Below are positions 12,001 to 24,060 of a stretch of 64,000 nt of DNA, piece by piece. The stretch spans positions 52,824,001 through 52,888,000 of the forward strand of contig OZ024742.1 of NCBI GenBank assembly GCA_964016885.1, in the 5' to 3' direction. This stretch comes from Eledone cirrhosa. Taxonomy: Eukaryota. Numbering within the stretch: the first letter of the stretch is position 1; each line of letters starts with the position of its first letter. The position numbers and the translations under genes were made by a program. The notes beneath the pieces are model-generated. The model saw nothing but the letters and a program-made list of their open reading frames with translations, was not told the origin of the DNA and ran no database searches.

Positions 12001-15000
12001 GGTGTTGGTGTTGATGTTGGTGTTGGTGTTGATGTTGGTGTTGGTGTTGGTGTTGATGTTGGTGTTGGTGTTGGTGTTGATGTTGGTGTTGGTGTTGGTG
12101 TTGGTGTTGGTGTTGGTGTTGGTGTTCGTGTTGGTGTTGGTGTTGGTGTTGGTGTTGATGTTGGTGTTGGTGTTGATGTTGGTGTTGATGTTGGTGTTGG
12201 TGTTGATGTTGGTGTTGGTGTTGGTGTTGGTGTTGATGTTGGTGTTGGTGTTGATGTTGGTGTTGGTGTTGGTGTTCGTGTTGGTGTTGGTGTTGATGTT
12301 GGTGTTGGTGTTGATGTTGGTGTTGATGTTGGTGTTGGTGTTGGTGTTGGTGTTGGTGTTGGTGTTGGTGTTGATGTTGGTGTTGGTGTTGATGTTGGTG
12401 TTGATGTTGGTGTTGGTGTTGGTGTTCGTGTTGGTGTTGGTGTTGAAGTTGGTGTTGGTGTTGGTGTTGATGTTGGTGTTGGTGTTGATGTTGGTGTTGA
12501 TGTTGGTGTTGGTGTTGGTGTTGGTGTTGGTGTTGTTGTTGGTGTTGATGTTGGTGTTGGTGTTGATGTTGGTGTTGGTGTTGGTGTTGATGTTGGTGTT
12601 GGTGTTGGTGTTGATGTTGGTGTTGGTGTTGGTGTTGGTGTTGGTGTTGGTGTTGGTGTTCGTGTTGGTGTTGGTGTTGATGTTGGTGTTGGTGTTGGTG
12701 TTGGTGTTGGTGTTGGTGTTGGTGTTGATGTTGGTGTTGGTGTTGATGTTGGTGTTGATGTTGGTGTTGGTGTTGGTGTTCGTGTTGGTGTTGGTGTTGA
12801 AGTTGGTGTTGGTGTTGGTGTTGATGTTGGTGTTGGTGTTGATGTTGGTGTTGATGTTGGTGTTGGTGTTGGTGTTGGTGTTGGTGTTGGTGTTGGTGTT
12901 GATGTTGGTGTTGGTGTTGATGTTGGTGTTGGTGTTGGTGTTGATGTTGGTGTTGGTGTTGGTGTTGATGTTGGTGTTGGTGTTGGTGTTGGTGTTGGTG
13001 TTGGTGTTGGTGTTCGTGTTGGTGTTGGTGTTGGTGTTGGTGTTGATGTTGGTGTTGGTGTTGATGTTGGTGTTGATGTTGGTGTTGGTGTTGATGTTGG
13101 TGTTGGTGTTGGTGTTGGTGTTGATGTTGGTGTTGGTGTTGATGTTGGTGTTGGTGTTGGTGTTCGTGTTGGTGTTGGTGTTGGTGTTGGTGTTGATGTT
13201 GGTGTTGATGTTGATGTTGGTGTTGGTGTTGATGTTGGTGTTGGTGTTGATGTTGGTGTTGATGTTGGTGTTGGTGTTGGTGTTGGTGTTGGTGTTGGTG
13301 TTGGTGTTGATGTTGGTGTTGGTGTTGATGTTGGTGTTGATGTTGGTGTTGGTGTTGGTGTTCGTGTTGGTGTTGGTGTTGAAGTTGGTGTTGGTGTTGG
13401 TGTTGATGTTGGTGTTGGTGTTGATGTTGGTGTTGATGTTGGTGTTGGTGTTGGTGTTGGTGTTGGTGTTGGTGTTGGTGTTGATGTTGGTGTTGGTGTT
13501 GATGTTGGTGTTGGTGTTGGTGTTGATGTTGGTGTTGGTGTTGGTGTTGATGTTGGTGTTGGTGTTGGTGTTGGTGTTCGTGTTGGTGTTGGTGTTGGTG
13601 TTGGTGTTGATGTTGGTGTTGGTGTTGATGTTGGTGTTGATGTTGGTGTTGGTGTTGATGTTGGTGTTGGTGTTGGTGTTGGTGTTGATGTTGGTGTTGG
13701 TGTTGATGTTGGTGTTGGTGTTGGTGTTCGTGTTGGTGTTGGTGTTGGTGTTGGTGTTGATGTTGGTGTTGATGTTGATGTTGGTGTTGGTGTTGGTGTT
13801 GGTGTTGGTGTTGGTGTTGGTGTTGTTGTCGGTGTTGGTGTTGGTGGTGGTGGTGGTGGTGGTGTTGGTGTTGATGTTGGTGTTGATGTTGGTGTTGGTG
13901 TTGGTGTTGGTGGTGGTGGTGGTGGTGGTGTTGGTGTTGATGTTGGTGTTGATGTTGGTGTTGGTGTTGGTGTTGGTGTTGGTGTTGGTGTTGGTGTTGG
14001 TGTCGGTGTTGGTGTTGGTGTTGGTTTCGGTGTTGATGTTGGTGTTGGTGTTGGTGTCGGTGTTGGTGTTGGTGTTGGTGTTGGTGTTGGTGTCGGTGTT
14101 GGTGTCGGTGTCGGTGTCGGTGTTGGTGTTGGTGTTGATGTTGGTGTTGGTGTCGGGGTTGGTGTCGGTGTCGGTGTTGGTGTTGGTGTTGGTTTCGGTG
14201 TTGATGTTGGTGTTGGTGTTGGTGTTGGTGTCGGTGTTGGTGTTGGTGTTGGTGTTGGTGTTGGTGTTGATGTTGGTGTTGGTGTTGGTGTCGGTGTTGG
14301 TGTTGGTGTTGGTGTTGGTGTTGGTGTCGGTGTTGGTGTCGGTGTCGGTGTCGGTGTTGGTGTTGGTGTTGATGTTGGTGTTGGTGTCGGTGTTGGTGTC
14401 GGTGTCGGTGTTGGTGTTGGTGTTGGTGTTGGTGTTGGTGTTGGTGTCGGTGTTGGTGTTGGTGTTGATGTTGGTGTTGGTGTTGGTGTTGGTGTTGTTG
14501 TTGATGTTGATGTTGATGTTGGTGTTGGTGTTGATGTTGGTGTTGGTGTTGGTGTTGAAGTTGGTGTTGGTGTTGGTGTTGGTGTTGGTGTTGGTGTTGG
14601 TGTTGATGTTGGTGTTGGTGTTGGTGTTGAAGTTGGTGTTGGTGTTGGTGTTGAAGTTGGTGTTGGTGTTGGTGTTGGTGATGTTGTTGATGTTGTTGTT
14701 GATGTTGGTGTTGGTGTTGGTGTTGAAGTTGGTGTTGCTGTTGATGTTGGTGTTGGTGTTGGTGTTGGTGATGTTGTTGATGTTGTTGTTGATGTTGGTG
14801 TTGGTGTTGGTGTTGAAGTTGGTGTTGGTGTTGTTGTTGGTGATGTTGTTGATGTTGTTGTTGATGTTGGTGTTGGTGTTGATGTTGGTGTTGGTGTTGG
14901 TGTTGAAGTTGGTGTTGGTGTTGATGTTGGTGTTGGTGTTGATGTTGGTGTTGGTGTTGGTGTCGGTGTCGGTGTTGGTGTTGGTGTTGGTGTTGTTGTT

Positions 15001-18000
15001 GATGTCGGTGTTGATGTTGGTGTTGGTGTTGGTGTTGGTGTTGGTGTTGGTGTTGGTGTCGGTGTTGGTGTTGATGTCGGTGTTGGTGTTGGTGTTGGTG
15101 TTGGTGTTGATGTCAGTGTTGGTGTTGGTGTTGAAGTTGGTGTTGGTGTTGATGTTGGTGTTGGTGTTGGTGTTGGTGATGTTGTTGATGTTGTTGTTGA
15201 TGTTGGTGTTGGTGTTGGTGTTGAAGTTGGTGTTGGTGTTGATGTTGGTGTTGGTGTTGGTGTTGGTGATGTTGTTGGTGTTGGTGTTGATGTTGGTGTT
15301 GGTGTTGGTGTTGGTGTTGGTGTTGATGTTGGTGTTGGTGTTGGTGTTGGTGATGTTGTTGATGTTGGTGTTGATGTTGGTGTTGGTGTTGGTGTTGAAG
15401 TTGGTGTTGGTGTTGGTGTTGGTGTTGGTGTTGGTGTTGGTGTTGATGTTGGTGTTGGTGTTGGTGTTGAAGTTGGTGTTGGTGTTGGTGTTGGTGTTGG
15501 TGTTGGTGTTGATGTTGGTGTTGGTGTCGGTGTTGTTGTTGGTGTTGGTGTTGGTGTTGGTGTTGGTGTTGGTGTTGGTGTTGGTGTTGGTGTTGGTGTT
15601 GTTGTTGATGTTGGTGTTGGTGTTGGTGTTGGTGTCGGTGTTGGTGTTGATGTCGGTGTTGTTGTTGGTGTTGGTGTTGGTGTTGGTGTCGGTGTTGATG
15701 TTGGTGTTGGTGTTGATGTTGGTGTTGGTGTTGATGTTGGTGTCGGTGTTGGTGTTGGTGTTGGTGTTGTTGTTGATGTCGGTGTTGATGTTGGTGTTGG
15801 TGTTGGTGTCGGTGTTGGTGTTGGTGTTGGTGTTGGTGTTGGTGTCGGTGTCGGTGTTGGTGTTGGTGTTGGTGTTGTTGTTGATGTCGGTGTTGATGTT
15901 GGTGTTGGTGTTGGTGTTGGTGTTGGTGTTGGTGCTGGTGTTGGTGTTGGTGTTGATGTCGGTGTTGGTGTTGGTGTTGGTGTTGGTGTTGATGTCAGTG
16001 TTGGTGTTGGTGTTGATGTTGGTGTTGATGTTGGTGTAGGTGTTGGTGTTGGTGTTGGTGTTGATGTTGGTGTCGGTGTTGGTGTTGGTGTTGGTGTTGA
16101 TGTTGGTGTCGGTGTCGGTGTCGGTGTTGGTGTTGGTGTTGGTGTTGGTGTTGGTGTTGATGTCGGTGTTGGTGTTGGTGTTGGTGTTGGTGTTGATGTC
16201 AGTGTTGGTGTTGGTGTTGGTGTTGGTGTCGGTGTTGGTGTTGATGTCGGTGTTGGTGTTGGTGTTGGTGTTGGTGTTGATGTCAGTGTTGGTGTTGGTG
16301 TTGATGTTGGTGTTGATGTTGGTGTAGGTGTTGGTGTTGGTGTTGGTGTTGATGTTGGTGTCGGTGTTGGTGTTGGTGTTGGTGTTGATGTTGGTGTCGG
16401 TGTCGGTGTCGGTGTTGATGTTGGTGTTGGTGTTGGTGTTGATGTTGGTGTTGGTGTTGGTGTTGAAGTTGGTGTTGGTGTTGGTGTTGAAGTTGGTGTT
16501 GGTGTTGGTGTTGGTGATGTTGTTGATGTTGTTGTTGATGTTGGTGTTGGTGTTGGTGTTGAAGTTGGTGTTGCTGTTGATGTTGGTGTTGGTGTTGGTG
16601 TTGGTGATGTTGTTGATGTTGTTGTTGATGTTGGTGTTGGTGTTGGTGTTGAAGTTGGTGTTGGTGTTGGTGTTGGTGATGTTGTTGATGTTGTTGTTGA
16701 TGTTGGTGTTGGTGTTGATGTTGGTGTTGGTGTTGGTGTTGAAGTTGGTGTTGGTGTTGATGTTGAAGTTGGTGTTGGTGTTGATGTTGGTGTTGGTGTT
16801 GGTGTCGGTGTCGGTGTTGGTGTTGGTGTTGGTGTTGTTGTTGATGTCGGTGTTGATGTTGGTGTTGGTGTTGGTGTTGGTGTTGGTGTTGGTGTTGGTG
16901 ATGTTGTTGATGTTGTTGTTGATGTTGGTGTTGGTGTTGGTGTTGAAGTTGGTGTTGCTGTTGATGTTGGTGTTGGTGTTGGTGTTGGTGATGTTGTTGA
17001 TGTTGTTGTTGATGTTGGTGTTGGTGTTGGTGTTGAAGTTGGTGTTGGTGTTGGTGTTGGTGATGTTGTTGATGTTGTTGTTGATGTTGGTGTTGGTGTT
17101 GATGTTGGTGTTGGTGTTGGTGTTGAAGTTGGTGTTGGTGTTGATGTTGAAGTTGGTGTTGGTGTTGATGTTGGTGTTGGTGTTGGTGTCGGTGTCGGTG
17201 TTGGTGTTGGTGTTGGTGTTGTTGTTGATGTCGGTGTTGATGTTGGTGTTGGTGTTGGTGTTGGTGTTGGTGTTGGTGTTGGTGTCGGTGTTGGTGTTGA
17301 TGTCGGTGTTGGTGTTGGTGTTGGTGTTGGTGTTGATGTCAGTGTTGGTGTTGGTGTTGAAGTTGGTGTTGGTGTTGATGTTGGTGTTGGTGTTGGTGTT
17401 GGTGATGTTGTTGATGTTGTTGTTGATGTTGGTGTTGGTGTTGGTGTTGAAGTTGGTGTTGGTGTTGATGTTGGTGTTGGTGTTGGTGTTGGTGATGTTG
17501 TTGGTGTTGGTGTTGATGTTGGTGTTGGTGTTGGTGTTGGTGTTGGTGTTGATGTTGGTGTTGGTGTTGGTGTTGGTGATGTTGTTGATGTTGGTGTTGA
17601 TGTTGGTGTTGGTGTTGGTGTTGAAGTTGGTGTTGGTGTTGGTGTTGGTGTTGGTGTTGGTGTTGGTGTTGATGTTGGTGTTGGTGTTGGTGTTGAAGTT
17701 GGTGTTGGTGTTGGTGTTGGTGTTGGTGTTGGTGTTGGTGTTGATGTTGGTGTTGGTGTTGGTGTCGGTGTTGGTGTTGGTGTTGGTGTTGGTGTTGGTG
17801 TCGGTGTCGGTGTTGGTGTTGGTGTTGGTGTTGTTGTTGATGTCGGTGTTGATGTTGGTGTTGGTGTTGGTGTTGGTGTTGGTGTTGGTGCTGGTGTTGG
17901 TGTTGGTGTTGATGTCGGTGTTGGTGTTGGTGTTGGTGTTGGTGTTGATGTCAGTGTTGGTGTTGGTGTTGATGTTGGTGTTGATGTTGGTGTAGGTGTT

Positions 18001-21000
18001 GGTGTTGGTGTTGGTGTTGATGTTGGTGTCGGTGTTGGTGTTGGTGTTGGTGTTGATGTTGGTGTCGGTGTCGGTGTCGGTGTTGGTGTTGGTGTTGGTG
18101 TTGGTGTTGGTGTTGATGTCGGTGTTGGTGTTGGTGTTGGTGTTGGTGTTGATGTCAGTGTTGGTGTTGGTGTTGGTGTTGGTGTCGGTGTTGGTGTTGA
18201 TGTCGGTGTTGGTGTTGGTGTTGGTGTTGGTGTTGATGTCAGTGTTGGTGTTGGTGTTGATGTTGGTGTTGATGTTGGTGTAGGTGTTGGTGTTGGTGTT
18301 GGTGTTGATGTTGGTGTCGGTGTTGGTGTTGGTGTTGGTGTTGATGTTGGTGTCGGTGTCGGTGTCGGTGTTGGTGTTGGTGTTGGTGTTGGTGTTGATG
18401 TTGGTGTTGGTGTTGGTGTTGGTGATGTTGTTGATGCTGGTGTCGGTGTTGGTGTCGGTGTTGTTGTTGATGTTGGTGTCGGTGTTGGTGTTGGTGTTGG
18501 TGTTGGTGTTGATGTTGGTGTCGGTGTTGGTGTCGGTGTTGGTTTTGGTGTTGGTGTTGATGTTGGTGTTGGTGTTGGTGTTGGTGTTGGTGTTGATGTT
18601 GGTGTCGGTGTTGGTGTTGGTGTTGGTGTTGATGTTGGTGTTGGTGTTGGTGTTGGTGTTGGTGTTGATGTTGGTGTCGGTGTTGGTGTTGGTGTTGATG
18701 TTGATGTTGGTGTCGGTGTTGGTGTTGATGTTGGTGTTGGTGTTGGTGTTGGTGTTAGTGTTGGTGTTGGTGTTGATGTTGGTGTCGGTGTTGGTGTTGA
18801 TGTTGGTGTTGGTGTTGAAGTTGGTGTTGGTGTTGGTGTTGGTGTTGGTGTTGGTGTTGATGTTGGTGTTGGTGTCGGTGTTGTTGTTGGTGTTGGTGTT
18901 GGTGTTGGTGTTGGTGTTGGTGTTGGTGTTGGTGTTGGTGTTGGTGTTGGTGTTGTTGTTGATGTTGGTGTTGGTGTTGGTGTTGGTGTCGGTGTTGGTG
19001 TTGATGTCGGTGTTGTTGTTGGTGTTGGTGTTGGTGTTGGTGTCGGTGTTGATGTTGGTGTTGGTGTTGATGTTGGTGTTGGTGTTGATGTTGGTGTCGG
19101 TGTTGGTGTTGGTGTTGGTGTTGTTGTTGATGTCGGTGTTGATGTTGGTGTTGGTGTTGGTGTCGGTGTTGGTGTTGGTGTTGGTGTTGGTGTTGGTGTC
19201 GGTGTCGGTGTTGGTGTTGGTGTTGGTGTTGTTGTTGATGTCGGTGTTGATGTTGGTGTTGGTGTTGGTGTTGGTGTTGGTGTTGGTGCTGGTGTTGGTG
19301 TTGGTGTTGATGTCGGTGTTGGTGTTGGTGTTGGTGTTGGTGTTGATGTCAGTGTTGGTGTTGGTGTTGATGTTGGTGTTGATGTTGGTGTAGGTGTTGG
19401 TGTTGGTGTTGGTGTTGATGTTGGTGTCGGTGTTGGTGTTGGTGTTGGTGTTGATGTTGGTGTCGGTGTCGGTGTCGGTGTTGGTGTTGGTGTTGGTGTT
19501 GGTGTTGGTGTTGATGTCGGTGTTGGTGTTGGTGTTGGTGTTGGTGTTGATGTCAGTGTTGGTGTTGGTGTTGGTGTTGGTGTCGGTGTTGGTGTTGATG
19601 TCGGTGTTGGTGTTGGTGTTGGTGTTGGTGTTGATGTCAGTGTTGGTGTTGGTGTTGATGTTGGTGTTGATGTTGGTGTAGGTGTTGGTGTTGGTGTTGG
19701 TGTTGATGTTGGTGTCGGTGTTGGTGTTGGTGTTGGTGTTGATGTTGGTGTCGGTGTCGGTGTCGGTGTTGATGTTGGTGTTGGTGTTGGTGTTGATGTT
19801 GGTGTTGGTGTTGGTGTTGAAGTTGGTGTTGGTGTTGGTGTTGAAGTTGGTGTTGGTGTTGGTGTTGGTGATGTTGTTGATGTTGTTGTTGATGTTGGTG
19901 TTGGTGTTGGTGTTGAAGTTGGTGTTGCTGTTGATGTTGGTGTTGGTGTTGGTGTTGGTGATGTTGTTGATGTTGTTGTTGATGTTGGTGTTGGTGTTGG
20001 TGTTGAAGTTGGTGTTGGTGTTGGTGTTGGTGATGTTGTTGATGTTGTTGTTGATGTTGGTGTTGGTGTTGATGTTGGTGTTGGTGTTGGTGTTGAAGTT
20101 GGTGTTGGTGTTGATGTTGAAGTTGGTGTTGGTGTTGATGTTGGTGTTGGTGTTGGTGTCGGTGTCGGTGTTGGTGTTGGTGTTGGTGTTGTTGTTGATG
20201 TCGGTGTTGATGTTGGTGTTGGTGTTGGTGTTGGTGTTGGTGTTGGTGTTGGTGATGTTGTTGATGTTGTTGTTGATGTTGGTGTTGGTGTTGGTGTTGA
20301 AGTTGGTGTTGCTGTTGATGTTGGTGTTGGTGTTGGTGTTGGTGATGTTGTTGATGTTGTTGTTGATGTTGGTGTTGGTGTTGGTGTTGAAGTTGGTGTT
20401 GGTGTTGGTGTTGGTGATGTTGTTGATGTTGTTGTTGATGTTGGTGTTGGTGTTGATGTTGGTGTTGGTGTTGGTGTTGAAGTTGGTGTTGGTGTTGATG
20501 TTGAAGTTGGTGTTGGTGTTGATGTTGGTGTTGGTGTTGGTGTCGGTGTCGGTGTTGGTGTTGGTGTTGGTGTTGTTGTTGATGTCGGTGTTGATGTTGG
20601 TGTTGGTGTTGGTGTTGGTGTTGGTGTTGGTGTTGGTGTCGGTGTTGGTGTTGATGTCGGTGTTGGTGTTGGTGTTGGTGTTGGTGTTGATGTCAGTGTT
20701 GGTGTTGGTGTTGAAGTTGGTGTTGGTGTTGATGTTGGTGTTGGTGTTGGTGTTGGTGATGTTGTTGATGTTGTTGTTGATGTTGGTGTTGGTGTTGGTG
20801 TTGAAGTTGGTGTTGGTGTTGATGTTGGTGTTGGTGTTGGTGTTGGTGATGTTGTTGGTGTTGGTGTTGATGTTGGTGTTGGTGTTGGTGTTGGTGTTGG
20901 TGTTGATGTTGGTGTTGGTGTTGGTGTTGGTGATGTTGTTGATGTTGGTGTTGATGTTGGTGTTGGTGTTGGTGTTGAAGTTGGTGTTGGTGTTGGTGTT

Positions 21001-22300
21001 GGTGTTGGTGTTGGTGTTGGTGTTGATGTTGGTGTTGGTGTTGGTGTTGAAGTTGGTGTTGGTGTTGGTGTTGGTGTTGGTGTTGGTGTTGGTGTTGATG
21101 TTGGTGTTGGTGTTGGTGTCGGTGTTGGTGTTGGTGTTGGTGTTGGTGTTGGTGTCGGTGTCGGTGTTGGTGTTGGTGTTGGTGTTGTTGTTGATGTCGG
21201 TGTTGATGTTGGTGTTGGTGTTGGTGTTGGTGTTGGTGTTGGTGCTGGTGTTGGTGTTGGTGTTGATGTCGGTGTTGGTGTTGGTGTTGGTGTTGGTGTT
21301 GATGTCAGTGTTGGTGTTGGTGTTGATGTTGGTGTTGATGTTGGTGTAGGTGTTGGTGTTGGTGTTGGTGTTGATGTTGGTGTCGGTGTTGGTGTTGGTG
21401 TTGGTGTTGATGTTGGTGTCGGTGTCGGTGTCGGTGTTGGTGTTGGTGTTGGTGTTGGTGTTGGTGTTGATGTCGGTGTTGGTGTTGGTGTTGGTGTTGG
21501 TGTTGATGTCAGTGTTGGTGTTGGTGTTGGTGTTGGTGTCGGTGTTGGTGTTGATGTCGGTGTTGGTGTTGGTGTTGGTGTTGGTGTTGATGTCAGTGTT
21601 GGTGTTGGTGTTGATGTTGGTGTTGATGTTGGTGTAGGTGTTGGTGTTGGTGTTGGTGTTGATGTTGGTGTCGGTGTTGGTGTTGGTGTTGGTGTTGATG
21701 TTGGTGTCGGTGTCGGTGTCGGTGTTGGTGTTGGTGTTGGTGTTGGTGTTGATGTTGGTGTTGGTGTTGGTGTTGGTGATGTTGTTGATGCTGGTGTCGG
21801 TGTTGGTGTCGGTGTTGTTGTTGATGTTGGTGTCGGTGTTGGTGTTGGTGTTGGTGTTGGTGTTGATGTTGGTGTCGGTGTTGGTGTCGGTGTTGGTTTT
21901 GGTGTTGGTGTTGATGTTGGTGTTGGTGTTGGTGTTGGTGTTGGTGTTGATGTTGGTGTCGGTGTTGGTGTTGGTGTTGGTGTTGATGTTGGTGTTGGTG
22001 TTGGTGTTGGTGTTGGTGTTGATGTTGGTGTCGGTGTTGGTGTTGGTGTTGATGTTGATGTTGGTGTCGGTGTTGGTGTTGATGTTGGTGTTGGTGTTGG
22101 TGTTGGTGTTAGTGTTGGTGTTGGTGTTGATGTTGGTGTCGGTGTTGGTGTTGATGTTGGTGTTGGTGTTGGTGTTGGTGTTGGTGTTGATGTTGGTGTC
22201 GGTGTTGGTGTTGATGTTGGTGTTGGTGTTGGTGTTGGTGTTAGTATTGATGTTGGTGTCGGTGTTGGTGTCGGTGTTGGTGTTGGTGTTGTTGTTGCTG
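1..22300 (+). repeat. (GGTGTT)n hexamer array with GAT/GAA/GTC/GTT variants and higher-order duplications
   Basis: Directly visible. Rare marker variants recur at offsets of 288, 300, 384, 1956, 3354, 4683 and 9378 bp. Confidence 0.98.
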
Positions 22301-22358
22301 TTGTTGCTGTTGCTGCCACTGCTCTGTCATCTACAAACTTGTTATCATATGTATTTTC
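1..22358 (-). CDS. Giant Thr-Pro (PTS/mucin-like) repeat exon, >=7,452 codons, continuing past the window start
   Basis: The minus frame reads [29 protein letters not shown]... (ACA CCA)n with no stop or frameshift seen. Common variants are synonymous (CCG/CCT/CCC, ACT/ACG/ACC) or P>S/T. The His-Gln frame has repeated stops; the Asn-Thr frame is open in the array but stops at 22328-22330. Coding status is inferred, not proven. Confidence 0.7.
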
Positions 22359-23795
22359 TTAGCCATGAGGGTTATTGCTTGATTTGTCTGCATTCATCTG
22401 ACTATGGTCTCCTTCTTTCCTGCTCAATTTAAACAGTAAAATATTCATGTAGTACATTGTTAGAAATCTACGTATATCTACTATAACACATTTTTATAGA
22501 ATTTTGTTGTAGTCTATGAGATATTTGAAACTCTAGCACCTTTAAATTTATATGGAAAATGTCTACCTTCTTGCTGGACTGTATATTAATCGTTAGAACA
22601 AGGCATGGAATGCTATAAAATTCATGAAATATTCTAATTTTGTTAAAACGTCTCACTTTTTTCCTCCACAATTAGATTATTGATTTCTTCAATCGAGAAG
22701 TTCTTTTGTTTACAGCAAGAAGATTTGATAAGAATCACACTCCTCCTACATTTGATGGTCGATAAATGAATTGAATGAAAATGAGAAAATTCTCAACGTA
22801 CTTTTCCCTACCAATGACATTTCTGGGGCAGTTGTTTTCCATTCGGAGCATTATTTCTCTTTGATCTCATACAAGGATATTCCCGAATAATTTATATTTT
22901 GTTATTATATTTTTATTTTATTTATATTTTTAGCTTAATTTCCTTTGACTAGAAAACACTTTTAATTTAGTCGACAAACTTGTTTCTTCTTTCTTGTTAA
23001 TACTCACTGTTGGGAATGTTATTCAAGTGCCACGCTTTGCAAAAAGAAACTTAGAACAGAACTACAGTTATGGCAGTTCTCTTACCGAAAACAATATTTT
23101 AGGGTTGTCGTCGCCATATTTCTTGCAGTAATGTTTACCAATTCACCTAATGAGTTCCTTTAACGGCAATTTATCTTCTTATGAAGAAATCGTATTTATT
23201 GTATTTATTTTCCTTATTTGTTTATTCCAGGATATGAGAAGGCATTTGAAAGTTAGAGTTATGAAACATAACAAATTCTACTTTTTACAACTACAGTCGT
23301 AAATATTTATCTCATAGATATCATTCGTCGTAATACACAGTTACAGTCAGTTTCCATTGAAGTGTTAATTATTTTAAAGTAGTTGTGAGAAAGTCGAATG
23401 ACTGTCTGCGTCATACTGAGATCTATTGATAAAATCTCATTCCAAAGTTTGTCTCTATTTCTTTTTTTTTTTTTGCTTACAATTTCATTTCTATTAACAT
23501 TTCTATTTCTTACTTATTTATTACTCACGTTTTCACCAATAATAGATACGTTCTCTGCTGTCAGATACAGGTACACTCTGAGGGCGAATCAACAAGAATC
23601 CTTCTTTATATAGAGTGTTGAAATGTTGGAGTCACTCCAAATTTCATTATTTATGACCCTACTGGAAAAGTGTAAAAACTGTGCACCATAAGATGCTGTC
23701 ATAACAGGTTATGATTGTTAGCAATCTTATGCCACAAACATTTTAATGACATTTCTTTTCAAATATTCCTCCCGATCAGTTCGAATATTTGGATA

Positions 23796-24060
23796 TCTGG
23801 TCACTCCTGTTATCAGGATATCTGGCTTAGCTCTGGCCACTAAAGTTTCTAGTATATGTGGTTTAGCTCAGGTTACTACAGTTTATAAGATATGTAGTGA
23901 GGCCCTGATTACTAGGGTTTCTTAGGTATGTAGCTTAGCTTTGGTCACTGCTGTTCCCAGTACATGTTGTTTAGCTCTGGTCACTACAATTTCCAGTATA
24001 TGGGGCTTAGCTCTGATCACTCTAGTTTCTAACATATATAGTGTGGCTCTGGTGACTAGT
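23796..24060. repeat. Diverged 36-bp tandem repeat, 7 full copies plus a partial copy
   Basis: Units start at 23796, 23832, 23868, 23904, 23940, 23976, 24012 and 24048; consensus about TCTGGTCACT...GTTTC.AGTATATGTGG.TTAGC; no indels. Confidence 0.9.

Noticed and set aside
1-22300. Telomeric or interstitial telomeric repeat
   Set aside because: The unit GGTGTT is not TTAGGG, variation is codon-structured and the array grades into non-repetitive in-frame sequence.
1-22327. (Asn-Thr)n minus-strand frame
   Set aside because: Open in the array but closed by TGA at 22328-22330; common variants are non-synonymous (Asp, Ile, Phe, Tyr).
22240-22330. ATG-initiated [12 protein letters not shown] minus-strand ORF
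   Set aside because: It stops at about 22241 and the HQ frame has many stops through the array.
3793-22362. 6,189-aa (Gly-Val)n plus-strand ORF
   Set aside because: It starts at a chance GTG within the array and is most simply the antisense shadow of the TP frame, which has splice acceptors and a mucin-like composition. Not formally excluded without stranded RNA data.
2-22432. (Val-Leu)n plus-strand ORFs
   Set aside because: Repeatedly broken by TAG and implausibly hydrophobic; shadow frame.
23796-24060. CRISPR array (36-bp period)
   Set aside because: Contiguous diverged units with no spacers, eukaryotic context and no cas genes.
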